Part shown: positions 25,359-35,100 of the stretch, piece after piece
Layout: every line of letters starts with the position of its first letter
Position numbering within the stretch: position 1 is the stretch's first letter
Source of the DNA: a virus
Lineage: Duplodnaviria; Heunggongvirae; Uroviricota; Caudoviricetes
Strand: one strand, 5' to 3'
IMG/VR virus record: IMGVR_UViG_3300023371_000080
Length of the DNA stretch: 64,000 nucleotides
Notes under the pieces: model-generated
Databases searched by the model: none
Told to the model about the DNA's origin: nothing
Seen by the model: only the letters and a program-made list of their open reading frames with translations
Position numbers and translations under genes: made by a program

Positions 25359-25642
25359 TATATATTAAGTTCCTTTTCTAATTTATTCATATAAATAGCG
25401 GAGTAAATGTTTCTTCCGCAGATAATACAAGTGAGAAGACGAATGATAGTAAATATCATAGGGACATAGTTCCAGAGCCTCCAAGTGGCATAGCTCATAT
25501 CATCGTTTTCAAGCTGACCTAGAGCCATGTCATTGGTAAATGTGGGCATAAATGCGTCAGAGATAATTGTCAATGCTATAAAAATTACAATTACCACAAT
25601 GAGATTTATAATAATTTTCTTAACCATTATTTTCCTCCACAA
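25358..25642 (-). CDS. small membrane protein
   Basis: 94 aa, two predicted TM helices. Confidence 0.4.
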   Translation of the reverse strand: MWRKIMVKKIIINLIVVIVIFIALTIISDAFMPTFTNDMALGQLENDDMSYATWRLWNYVPMIFTIIRLLTCIICGRNIYSAIYMNKLEKELNI

Positions 25643-25932
25643 AAAGGACAGTTGCTTGAAGAGAAGAGGATATAAGTGCCCTCAGCGCAGAAAATATTAT
25701 CATACTCTGCGGTTTTTACCTCAATGCCTGAACCTTCGTTTTCATACCACTTTTCAATGGTTGCGCAATGACCTTCTACTCCGTTGAAGAAGTGGATATG
25801 CCTAAAATCGTAGCTTCCCCAACCTATGCTCCTATTGTTTGCGCTCACTTCAGTGGGGCATAGAGTGATGAACGCGGAGACCATCATAGCTGATACAAGC
25901 AATGCGCAAATAACAATAACTACTTTATTCAT
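25627..25932 (-). CDS. small secreted/membrane Cys-containing protein
   Basis: Start reset to MNKVVIV (AGGAGG RBS); signal-like N-terminus; C-terminal NCPFCGGK. Confidence 0.4.
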   Translation of the reverse strand: MNKVVIVICALLVSAMMVSAFITLCPTEVSANNRSIGWGSYDFRHIHFFNGVEGHCATIEKWYENEGSGIEVKTAEYDNIFCAEGTYILFSSSNCPFCGGK

Positions 25933-27328
25933 TATTTGATTCCTCCTGGCTCTCTTCCATATCAGGAGCCTCTGCTTCAACCTTCACAATGCCCTCAAGA
26001 GCCTTGAAGAACCAATTCTTATGCTTATATGCACAGAACTTAGGACGGTTGATAATACGAACCACTACACCCTCACGAACATGCGTCTTACCAATGGGAT
26101 CGGGTCCATCATAGAACTCTTCGGCAGCTTTTATAACCATATCACCAACCGTGCCATCACCAATTAGATAATCGTGGTCATATCCATCTGGAGCAACTAG
26201 ATGCAGTCTATCGCTGCTTATTGTTGCCGTTCCAAATACAGGAACGCACTTAACACCCATCTGCTCACAACGATAACGCATAAAGTCAGGAGTGTATTCT
26301 ACGGTAAAGCCATCCTCATTGGTCATCGTCATACGATATACATAGATATCAGACTGAGGACCAACCCACACGACATCTTCATAGTGACCTTCGTCGGTGC
26401 CTTCGGGATCACATCCGTAAGAGAATACAGTAGTCTGTCCATACTGCTTAACAAAATCCTTATCATTAAGCTTCTTATTGTCGCCACTTGCCATAATGGG
26501 AGCCCCAGTATGAGTGAATCCTACGACTTCGTAGAAAATCTCCTCGCCCTTATTCAGCTTACCCTCAAAGAACTTTGAGTGTGCTTCACGGAACTCATTA
26601 GAACCATAATATCCACCTTCAAAATTCTCAAGTACGGTACGACGGGTACCAGATACATATCCCCAATCGTAGATAGGCTTACCTTCACGACGGAGAACCT
26701 TATCAATAAGAGTTCTCTTATACTTCTTGAACACGGGAAGATAACCAGTTCTCTGACTCGTTCCGTGCATCTTGAGCGTAATTTCAATCTCATCACCAGG
26801 CTTAAACGCTGCGAGGTTGTACGCAAGCTGCTCAGTGTCTGCGTGTTCTGCAAAAAGGGGCGCCACAGGAACCTTCTTCTTGCGAGTCTTATTACCCTCG
26901 GAATAATGTCCTCTTCTATTTTGCTTTCGAGGGATGTACTTACAACAAATCTCGTGACCATTGAAGTTGTCAATTCTATCACCCTCACGAAGAGCAGTAA
27001 TGTCTCCAAAGGATTCGAGCGCCTTTAGAGGAAGGAAGAGACCATCCGACTTCTCTCCACGAAGTTTGATTGCGGTTACATTTCTCTTGTCTGGGTCCAT
27101 ATAACCGCCGATGTTGTTTCCTGCATCATCCTTCTTGCGAAGCAAATTATTTGCCTCAGCGAACTCGACTGAGAGCTGACCATCCGAAGGAAAATACACA
27201 CCGAGCTGATTGTCTTCATACTCCATCGATACGATTACTGCGTTTCCAAAACACTCACCAATCTGAAGTCTATCGGCATTAGGATGCTTATGTAGATTCT
27301 TAATTCTTGTAATATAAGCGTTATACAT
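25925..27328 (-). CDS. ATP-dependent RNA ligase (Rnl2/Rnl5-like nucleotidyltransferase) with N-terminal tRNA-binding OB domain
   Basis: N-term HPNADRLQIGECFGNAVIV (Trbp111/MetRS-C-like tRNA_bind motif); ligase motif I KMHGTS, motif IV REGVVVRI, motif V AYKHKNWFFK. Confidence 0.65.
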   Translation of the reverse strand: MYNAYITRIKNLHKHPNADRLQIGECFGNAVIVSMEYEDNQLGVYFPSDGQLSVEFAEANNLLRKKDDAGNNIGGYMDPDKRNVTAIKLRGEKSDGLFLPLKALESFGDITALREGDRIDNFNGHEICCKYIPRKQNRRGHYSEGNKTRKKKVPVAPLFAEHADTEQLAYNLAAFKPGDEIEITLKMHGTSQRTGYLPVFKKYKRTLIDKVLRREGKPIYDWGYVSGTRRTVLENFEGGYYGSNEFREAHSKFFEGKLNKGEEIFYEVVGFTHTGAPIMASGDNKKLNDKDFVKQYGQTTVFSYGCDPEGTDEGHYEDVVWVGPQSDIYVYRMTMTNEDGFTVEYTPDFMRYRCEQMGVKCVPVFGTATISSDRLHLVAPDGYDHDYLIGDGTVGDMVIKAAEEFYDGPDPIGKTHVREGVVVRIINRPKFCAYKHKNWFFKALEGIVKVEAEAPDMEESQEESNNE

Positions 27329-27974
27329 TCTTCTTCATCTCCTCTGCTCTTACAATGGCCTCTGCCATCTCCTGGATTCGCTTCTCTCTTTCCATAGCAC
27401 GCTTCTTCGCCCAATGTGCCTTCACCTTCTGATAATTCTTTTCGGCCTTTGCCTTCTTTCGAGCTTCCTCTTCTGCTCTCTTCTTCTTGTCTGCTTCTGC
27501 CTTGTCGTAAAACTTAGTCGCATAAGAAAGCAACTTGCTAAGAACGGCTGTGCCTTCCTTACCAATCATTTCCTTGACAATACAACGAAGAAGTCCGTCC
27601 TCAAAGAAGTAGGGATCGTTACCCTGGACGGTCGCCGTCTGAGTGTCACCGTTTACAAAAGTCATCTTGATGGTGTTTTCGTTAAACACGCCGATAGACT
27701 TGATTGCAGGAATGAGATCCTGGCTGCCATCAAAGAAACCGTCCTTGTAGTATCGTGCAACAATTCGACCAAACTCAACTTCAAGCGACGAACGCTGGTC
27801 AGGTCTGACCTCAGGCTTCTTAGTTGCCTCTTCTATTGCAGAGGTTATATTGGAAAGTGAGTTGGAAGTTACAACCTCATTGACGAAATTCCAACAAGGC
27901 TCGCCGTCGTAAGTGTAAGTTACATTGCCATTATGGCCCGCTTTAATTGTCATTTTCTTTTTCTCCTTAATCAT
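27321..27974 (-). CDS. hypothetical protein with K/E/A-rich C-terminal helix
   Basis: 217-aa first gene of the operon downstream of promoter 27986..28019. Confidence 0.45.
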   Translation of the reverse strand: MIKEKKKMTIKAGHNGNVTYTYDGEPCWNFVNEVVTSNSLSNITSAIEEATKKPEVRPDQRSSLEVEFGRIVARYYKDGFFDGSQDLIPAIKSIGVFNENTIKMTFVNGDTQTATVQGNDPYFFEDGLLRCIVKEMIGKEGTAVLSKLLSYATKFYDKAEADKKKRAEEEARKKAKAEKNYQKVKAHWAKKRAMEREKRIQEMAEAIVRAEEMKKNV

Positions 27975-27985
27975 TTCGTTGTGTG

Positions 27986-28019
27986 CATATTATAGCACAG
28001 TTTCTTTTATTTGTCAATA
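27986..28019 (-). promoter_or_regulatory. sigma70-type promoter with extended -10 and TTTACA(T)T repeats at 28028-28047
   Basis: minus strand TTGACAAATAAAAGAAACTGTGCTATAAT. Confidence 0.55.
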
Positions 28020-28041
28020 GACTTTGTGTATCGTTTACATT

Positions 28042-28782
28042 TTATTTACAATCAGGCTTAAATGTCGGTATTGGATTTAATTTGAATAAATTCTTCTGGT
28101 GAAGGTGATCAATTTTTGCCTTTGCTACTTCATCTTCGCATACACCAGTGCGAATATATTTATTCAATACTTCATAGGTAAACCCAAAGTTATCCTCGTC
28201 AGTTTTGCCACAGAGACCGTCTGAAGGTGTCTTGTGAGTCAACTCATATGGAAGTCCACAGGCATCGCCAATAGCAACCACTTCATCAGAAGTAAAGTTT
28301 AGTATGGGCATTAAATCTGCTACATTATCGCCCCACCTGGTGGAATAACCTATATATGCTTCTGAGGCATTATCTGTTCCAACAACACGTCCATTTACAC
28401 TTTGAGATATGGCATAAAGCGTTGCCATACGAATACGAGGAGGAAGATTTATGGTTGTCTGCTTGCTAATTTCAATATCCGTCGGAAACTGATTGTCAAT
28501 ACCAACAACAGCATCCCAAATATTCATAGTATAACTTTTAATCCCAAGACATTGAATAAGTTTATTAGAATCATCGATATCAGGCTGTACACCACAGGGC
28601 ATCTTTACACCGATTACTCTGTCCTTGCCAAGAGCTTCTACGCAAAGCGCAGCTACAACGCTTGAGTCTTTACCACCACTAATACCAATTACAGCATTAC
28701 AACCTTTTCCATTCTGTTCAAACCACCCTCTAATCCAAGCGACAATTCTATCTTTAATCTCTATCGCATTAAAATTATTCAT
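28042..28782 (-). CDS. nadE: NH3-dependent NAD+ synthetase
   Basis: PP-loop GISGGKDSSVVAALC; start set to MNNFNAIE with GGGGAGA RBS. Confidence 0.8.
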   Translation of the reverse strand: MNNFNAIEIKDRIVAWIRGWFEQNGKGCNAVIGISGGKDSSVVAALCVEALGKDRVIGVKMPCGVQPDIDDSNKLIQCLGIKSYTMNIWDAVVGIDNQFPTDIEISKQTTINLPPRIRMATLYAISQSVNGRVVGTDNASEAYIGYSTRWGDNVADLMPILNFTSDEVVAIGDACGLPYELTHKTPSDGLCGKTDEDNFGFTYEVLNKYIRTGVCEDEVAKAKIDHLHQKNLFKLNPIPTFKPDCK

Positions 28783-29182
28783 GTGTAATCTCCCCATTTT
28801 CAATTTTAGTAATTAATTTATCCAACATTCTATATACAGAAGGCAAGCCACCTCTATCATCAATATAAGCATTTGCATATGTTTTGCGCCCACCAAAAGA
28901 TATAGAACTGTCACAGTTAATACCTTTATATTTAATGCCTACATTTTCCATATACTCCTTGATTATTGGATGCTGCGCTTCGCCATTTCCTGTTAAAATA
29001 ACAACCTCTGAATAAGGCTCCCAACGTTTGAGGAGCGTAATAACATCACTATAAGAACGACCAAGTTTATGAAAATCATAGATGGTATCATCGAAGTCTA
29101 CGCAAAAGATGAGTTTGCCATACTTCTTGAATTCATCTTCAAGTCTTTGATAGCAATTTTCTTCAGAAAGATAAAAATCCAT
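28775..29182 (-). CDS. small HAD-like hydrolase
   Basis: FCVDFDDTIYDF (DxDxT) motif; 135 aa; overlapping start/stop with neighbours. Confidence 0.4.
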   Translation of the reverse strand: MDFYLSEENCYQRLEDEFKKYGKLIFCVDFDDTIYDFHKLGRSYSDVITLLKRWEPYSEVVILTGNGEAQHPIIKEYMENVGIKYKGINCDSSISFGGRKTYANAYIDDRGGLPSVYRMLDKLITKIENGEITHE

Positions 29183-30660
29183 TAAAAATTACCTCCGTGC
29201 AATCTATCTCTAATTTCTGCAAGAGTCTGCTCTTTAGTCATTACTCCATCTTTGAATATGGTGACTAAATGATTCTGATAATCATATTTTGCTTCATCCC
29301 ATGTAGCACCATCTATATAAACAAGTGCTTCTTTCTCTCGACTCCATCTAACGGAACAACATCCCTTCTGCGACTTCTTAAAACCACCATCTTTAGGATT
29401 CTTGAATATCGGATATGGCTTACCGTCAATCTCACAATAAGTCGCCTTGATGCAAGAACTAAAAGTATCTCTTGTGAAAGGCTTCAGAATACCATCTTCC
29501 TCAACACACTGGAACGAGAACGAACCAACACCAAGAGCAACATTGGAACAAGCAAATCCATTTTCCATAAGAATTTGATAAATCTGTTCGCAACGCTGGA
29601 TAGTAATACTGTCGCCATAAATTGCTTTCACATGAGGATTAAGCACTTTATATCCCTTACTATTAATAGTACCACCAAAGATATCCCAAAGTTTAAAAAC
29701 GGTTTTGGTTACAACCTCAACACAGTCACCAGAGTCACCACGCATAAGCATGCAACCATTGTGTGCAAGGATTTCTTCCTTAAGTCTAGGAAGAATATTG
29801 TCAATTACATTCCAATAATCATAAGAGTCAAGTACAGCAGAAAAACTTGTGTTAGGGTAAATTTCTGTAAGCAGTCTTCTAAGAAGAGTTTCCTCATCGC
29901 CATCAACGGCATAGTTACTGCACATTACAGAATGCTCAGTAGAAGGCGAACCAAAAGCCACAGGTTCTTTTGTACAATCACAGTTATAATTTGCCTCAAG
30001 GTAAGGAATTGTAGGAACAGTTGCCGTATTCAAGAAGGATAGACACCAACCAGCTCCCGCCTTTTCAGCAGATTGTAGACATTCTTCACCTCTAAAGTCG
30101 AATGCACCAAGTGCTCTTGCTCTCGGAATATTGTCATCACAAGTGAGGTCATAATACTTGTTGACAATTTCTCTATATGTATAACCAACAGTAGCAGCAA
30201 GCATTGGATGCCATATCTCAGCAGAAATAAGGGATTCTAAACTCTGAGGCAACCACGCAAAATCAGGGTGAGTGTTTGTAATACCAAACATCGGCACATG
30301 CATAGGTACAAGCGTTCCTTCGGGAAGTGCTACAATTTCAATAGGAAGATAGCCAAGCTTGTGAAGATGTTCAATTTTATCAATTTTATATGTGTCCTTG
30401 CCAAGAGTTGCATCCATAACTCTCTTATATTCAGAGATTACTTCATCAAAAGACTTGTTAAAGAATTCGTTGTTAAAATAATCAATAAGATAGGTCTTAA
30501 TGAATCCCTGAAGTCCAAACATTACCACCTTGTCCCATCTCTTTACTCTGCTCATGCGAGGAGTAAAGTAAGATACGGACTTAGTAATGCCCTTGGGGAG
30601 CATTTCGGCATGGACAGCCTTATAGAAATCAATTAACAACATAGGATTTGTTCTTCTCAT
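29182..30660 (-). CDS. nadV: nicotinamide phosphoribosyltransferase family protein (NAMPT/NadV-like; alternatively Namat-like NAD-forming transferase)
   Basis: N-terminal LLIDFYKAVH (cf. NAMPT DSYK), MLMRGDSGD phosphoribosyl-binding region; 492 aa. Confidence 0.7.
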   Translation of the reverse strand: MRRTNPMLLIDFYKAVHAEMLPKGITKSVSYFTPRMSRVKRWDKVVMFGLQGFIKTYLIDYFNNEFFNKSFDEVISEYKRVMDATLGKDTYKIDKIEHLHKLGYLPIEIVALPEGTLVPMHVPMFGITNTHPDFAWLPQSLESLISAEIWHPMLAATVGYTYREIVNKYYDLTCDDNIPRARALGAFDFRGEECLQSAEKAGAGWCLSFLNTATVPTIPYLEANYNCDCTKEPVAFGSPSTEHSVMCSNYAVDGDEETLLRRLLTEIYPNTSFSAVLDSYDYWNVIDNILPRLKEEILAHNGCMLMRGDSGDCVEVVTKTVFKLWDIFGGTINSKGYKVLNPHVKAIYGDSITIQRCEQIYQILMENGFACSNVALGVGSFSFQCVEEDGILKPFTRDTFSSCIKATYCEIDGKPYPIFKNPKDGGFKKSQKGCCSVRWSREKEALVYIDGATWDEAKYDYQNHLVTIFKDGVMTKEQTLAEIRDRLHGGNF

Positions 30661-31463
30661 AATTCAAATACCTCAATCTTTTCGTGTTCCTTTGTAAAAA
30701 TACTGTTAGTCGTATAAACTCTTTCAATGAAACCGCTTGTAAGAAGTTCGCCTTCGAGGATAGTGTTTTCACAATGAGTTATATAAAGATATATGTTCTT
30801 AGCACCAGCCTCTTTGAGTGCTTTAGCAGAATGATAGAAAGTGCCACCACGAGAACAAATGTCGTCAATAATTAAAACATCTCTATCTTTTACAACATCT
30901 TTGTTCATTAGTTCAAGACCAAGAATCTTTCCTGTTTCCCAATCACGCTTTTTAATTCCGAAAGCATAAGCACCCTTTACATAATCTGTGCCACGCTTCA
31001 TTGCGCCTTCATCTGGATAAAAAGCAACCAAGCCATTTTTATTTGGGATAGCTTCAATTGTCCTAGTAATCATTTCCAGTGGATGTTTAACCTTAACATT
31101 GTTAATAAGCGCTGCACAAACATTGCTGTGCGGGTCAAGAATTCTCACTTCAGTAAAATTGAGACCGTTAATCACATCTGCGAAATGCTTCAGAGTAAAA
31201 AATTCATTAGAGCTTTTTACTCTGTCCATACGAGCGTGTGGACAATAAGGCATTTCAAGAATCATATCTTGTCTATCAAAATGTTTGCGAATGCAAATTA
31301 TAGTAAACAGTTCGGCGTCGTTTTCATAGTGCCAAGTGAGTATCTTTGGAGATTTGCCAAACCAATCCAAACTAAAAATAGGCTCTGTATAATCGGTTTC
31401 AATTCTTAAAGAGTTGTCTGGAAAACGAGCCTGTGTTATAAGCTTATCATTTATTTTAATCAT
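30657..31463 (-). CDS. ribose-phosphate pyrophosphokinase-like protein (PRPP synthetase family; possibly ADP-ribose pyrophosphokinase)
   Basis: PRPP-binding PRTase motif VLIIDDICSRGGT; start set to MIKIND (GGAGA RBS) to abut pncA stop. Confidence 0.6.
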   Translation of the reverse strand: MIKINDKLITQARFPDNSLRIETDYTEPIFSLDWFGKSPKILTWHYENDAELFTIICIRKHFDRQDMILEMPYCPHARMDRVKSSNEFFTLKHFADVINGLNFTEVRILDPHSNVCAALINNVKVKHPLEMITRTIEAIPNKNGLVAFYPDEGAMKRGTDYVKGAYAFGIKKRDWETGKILGLELMNKDVVKDRDVLIIDDICSRGGTFYHSAKALKEAGAKNIYLYITHCENTILEGELLTSGFIERVYTTNSIFTKEHEKIEVFEL

Positions 31464-31465
31464 AA

Positions 31466-31975
31466 TTATTCTCCAATCACATTTATCTGGCACATTTTCA
31501 TTGTGGTAAGTGCCGCCTGATGAGTCTCAGGAGTTACACCAGCACAACAACTTGCATCTACTGTAATGCTGATTTCGGGGAACTGAGCCTTGAGAATAAG
31601 TGCATTAGACACTACGCAAATGTCGGTGCAAAGACCTACGAGTTCAATTTCTTCAAAATCAAACAAGTCGTTCCAATATGTGCAACCGAAGGTGTATTTA
31701 TCGACGTGAACACATTCTGGAGAATTAATTTCCTTTGTTATAAGCCAGCCCTCGGTGCCACGAATACAGTGTTCGACAGGCAAGTGCTTGCCCTCGTTGG
31801 TGGTAAGATAATATGCTGAATGAGTATCTCTTGTAAAGATAATCTCATCTCCACGAGCCTTATACTCTTCAATCTTCCTCTTTACATTTGGCACAATAGC
31901 CTGCGCCTCCTTAGTTCCGAGGGCGCCGTCAATAAAATCATTCTGCATGTCAATTACAATAAGCGTTCTTTTCAT
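31466..31975 (-). CDS. pncA: isochorismatase-family nicotinamidase (PncA-like)
   Basis: LIVIDMQNDF, catalytic-Cys region VGLCTDICV; 169 aa. Confidence 0.6.
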   Translation of the reverse strand: MKRTLIVIDMQNDFIDGALGTKEAQAIVPNVKRKIEEYKARGDEIIFTRDTHSAYYLTTNEGKHLPVEHCIRGTEGWLITKEINSPECVHVDKYTFGCTYWNDLFDFEEIELVGLCTDICVVSNALILKAQFPEISITVDASCCAGVTPETHQAALTTMKMCQINVIGE

Positions 31976-32014
31976 TTGTTTTCTCCTTTGATTTTTAAAT
32001 CATTTTGTTGTGTC

Positions 32015-32048
32015 TGTATTTTATCATATATTTTTAAATTTGTCAATA
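32015..32048 (-). promoter_or_regulatory. promoter of NAD operon with TTTACATT repeats at 32058-32080
   Basis: minus strand TTGACA (32041-32046) -17- TAAAAT; leader AACAAAATGATTTAAAAATCAAAGGAG. Confidence 0.45.
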
Positions 32049-32143
32049 ACTTACGCTTCTTATTTACATTTTATTTACATTTGCACCTCACAGTCCTCAA
32101 AAGGTGCAAATATTGCACTTTTAAAGGGTGCTGTAGGTGCAAA

Positions 32144-35100
32144 TTATTCGATAGTATAGGATGTAAGCCAGACGTCTTCTCTGCTATAATCCTGCACCCA
32201 GTTCTCTCCGTCCTTTTTCCACGCAGGTTTCTTTGTTGTACGATAGTCGATAATCATGCCTGATGCAAGAGGGTTGCTCTCGTAGTCCTTTTTCTTTAGC
32301 TTAGCGTTAACCGTCTGACCATCGTAGAGTCTGTATAATGAAAGTTTCGGAGTATACTTGGTATTAATATCTAAGACAACTGCCTTGGTAGGTTTGGTAG
32401 GATCGACAAGGTCAATGTATCCTAGGAACTCCTTTTGTGCCTCAATTTGAGATAAGATAGGCAGTTCTTGATCTGGTACCATAGAACACAGTTCGGATAA
32501 CATTGTTGTCATACCTTCTGACTCAAAGCGGTATTGCTTCTCGGTAGATGATTTGGCATACTTCTCAATAATCTCGACTGGTAAATCTAGTTTCTCCTTC
32601 TTTAAAACCTTCTTGCCATTGTACTTATCATAAAGTTCGGCTATCTTTAAGAGTTTTAGGCTGCCTCCAAACTCGGAGAAGTAATTTAAGCGAGTGAGTA
32701 TTTCTCTCTGTCTGCTATTTCCAGGGAATACGGATAGTAGATCCACAAAAGAGTCAAACTTCTGATCTTTCATAGAATATAATTGCTCTGATACTTCCGA
32801 GTTCATATATTTAAGGCTCGATAAGCCTTTATAGATGCTATTCGTTTCTTTTTCCATGTTATAATTCGCACGAGAGTGACGGAACTTGATCGGATTCAAG
32901 GTAATACCGAAGTATGGCATCTCTGCAGTTAACTTTGCAGTTCTATCAAGGTCATCGCTATATAAAGATAATGCCACCGTAAAGTATTCATTTGGATATG
33001 TCGCTTTCAAATAAGCTCCATATAAACTATCAATTGCAACAGAGAGACTATGCGAAGCATTAAATGAATAATGCGCTGCATCTTCTACAACCTGCCATGT
33101 CTCGTTAAAACCCTCTTCACGACCAACGTTCTTAACCCAGCCTGCACGAAGCTGAGACTTAAGTTCGTTTAGCTCTTCTTCCTTGAACTTTTTCTTTGCA
33201 ATCTTTTTAATAATATCATATGTACCCTTTTCCTCTACACCAAGCCAAACAAGATATTTCATTATCGACTCTTGGTACATTAAGTAATGGAAGGAATCTT
33301 TGAGAATATCATCAAGCTCCTTGACACCCGTTGTATACGGCATTCTATCTACAAAATTGTTAAGTAGTGATGCAAATCCAGGACGAATAGCGGCAACATA
33401 TGCCGACAACTCCGACAGGTTTCTAGGTTTATACTTCTTCAGTATCTGTTTATCGTAGTCGGAGTCTGCCTGGTTGATGGTCGTCGTCAATCCCTTGGCA
33501 TAAACATCCCATACCTTATCATCACAATTCGCAACAAGGGTGTTAATGTCATCCATCGGCTTCCCAAGGAGTTTATAAACATCACTAATAAGTTGGTAAA
33601 CCGTTACTGTCAGATAGTCATTCTTCAGGAACTTGTAAACATCACAGTTATAACCATCAAGGCAGCAGCAAGTAACATCTCCCACCTTAACCAATCCAAC
33701 CATCTCGGAAATCTTATCATTGGAAAGCAAGAACGAGCAAGGCGACGGAGCAACACTCTCTACTACGCCTCGGAATTTTTTACTGCCCTCAATCAAATCT
33801 TTCCACTTCTCATCATTTTCATATGTTTCAAGGTTTTTGGCGACTTCATCATACTCGGAGATATGCATATCGTGAGCCTTGCACCAAAGTCTAAATGCTG
33901 AAGACTCTTGCAAAGGTTTGTATGCAATCATATAATAGATGCCATCTTCACCAAGTAAGTCTTTACTTGCTTGAATAACAGGGGTAACATCTGCCCAGTT
34001 AAGGTCGATATCGGGAAGGCTGCGGCTGGAGAGGATACGTTCTGCCGACATAAATCTTGTAGGATAAAGAGTAATCGGAGCACTGATTCTATCGACCTCG
34101 GTAAGTCCCAACAGTTTATTAACGTAAAATGAAACCGCACTACCTCTTCCACTCTTAGTCAGAATTGCATCATATTCCTTAACTGCTCTGTCAACGATAT
34201 AATGGTCGAGGATGAAGTAATCTGCCATACCACAGTCTTCGATAATCTTGTATTCATACTTGATTTGTTCAATATACTCGGACCATCTTTCCTTAGGTAC
34301 GTTGCTGCGCTCCTTTGCCCAGCCTTCATTGATGAGCTTCTTAAGAACTTTATTGCTATCTCCCTCTGTAATCTTAGGGATTTTGAACTCTTTGTCAATA
34401 GTTATGCCTTCGGCATTATCGAAAACAAGTGTATTCTGCAGTGCCTCTGTTACCTCGTCCTCTGTGAGAATGCCTTGTATTTTATATCTTCGATAAATCT
34501 CATCGGAGTCTGGATAATCAAGACAAAAACCACTTTCTTCTTCATATACAATGCCCTTTGCTTTTAAGAATAAATCTCTATATTTAGCATCTTCGGGATA
34601 AATATAATGCGAGTCATTGGCGTGGATAATGGGAATATTGTATTTTCTATGAACTTCCATTATCTTTTTATTATATTCTGCCTGATCGTGATCCGCATGA
34701 GATTGTACCTCAAGATAGAAGTTTGCTCCAAAATGTTCTTTTACAGGCACCAAGAAGTCCGTATACCAAGAATCTTCTCCAACTGCTATTGTTTTATAAA
34801 TAGGTCTTTCTTCTTCGTGTCCTGTGGTATCTATATAACCTGGGCCACTATCATATACTCGAACCTTTTCATACCCAATTATTTCTTTGGTTTTTTCGAA
34901 ACTTTTGGGCTTAAACATCCTTCCTGCAACACAGGCAGTAGTCACAACGACCTCATCTCCTGGTAAAGAAAGCAAGAGGTTAAGATCGATTCTCGGCTTA
35001 TAGTAGTAACCATTGGTATTTGCCGTAGACATTATTCTATTGATTTGTCTTCTGGCATTCTCCGTCATTGCAACGAGGATTATATGGTACATTGCTCTTG

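Noticed and set aside
24615-25394. 259-aa plus-strand ORF overlapping the SPFH lipoprotein gene
   Set aside because: Antisense to a gene with a lipobox and band-7/coiled-coil features. No RBS and atypical composition.
29269-30042. 257-aa plus-strand ORF inside the NAMPT-like gene
   Set aside because: Antisense to a well-supported enzyme gene. Ile/Thr/Asn-rich low-complexity translation.
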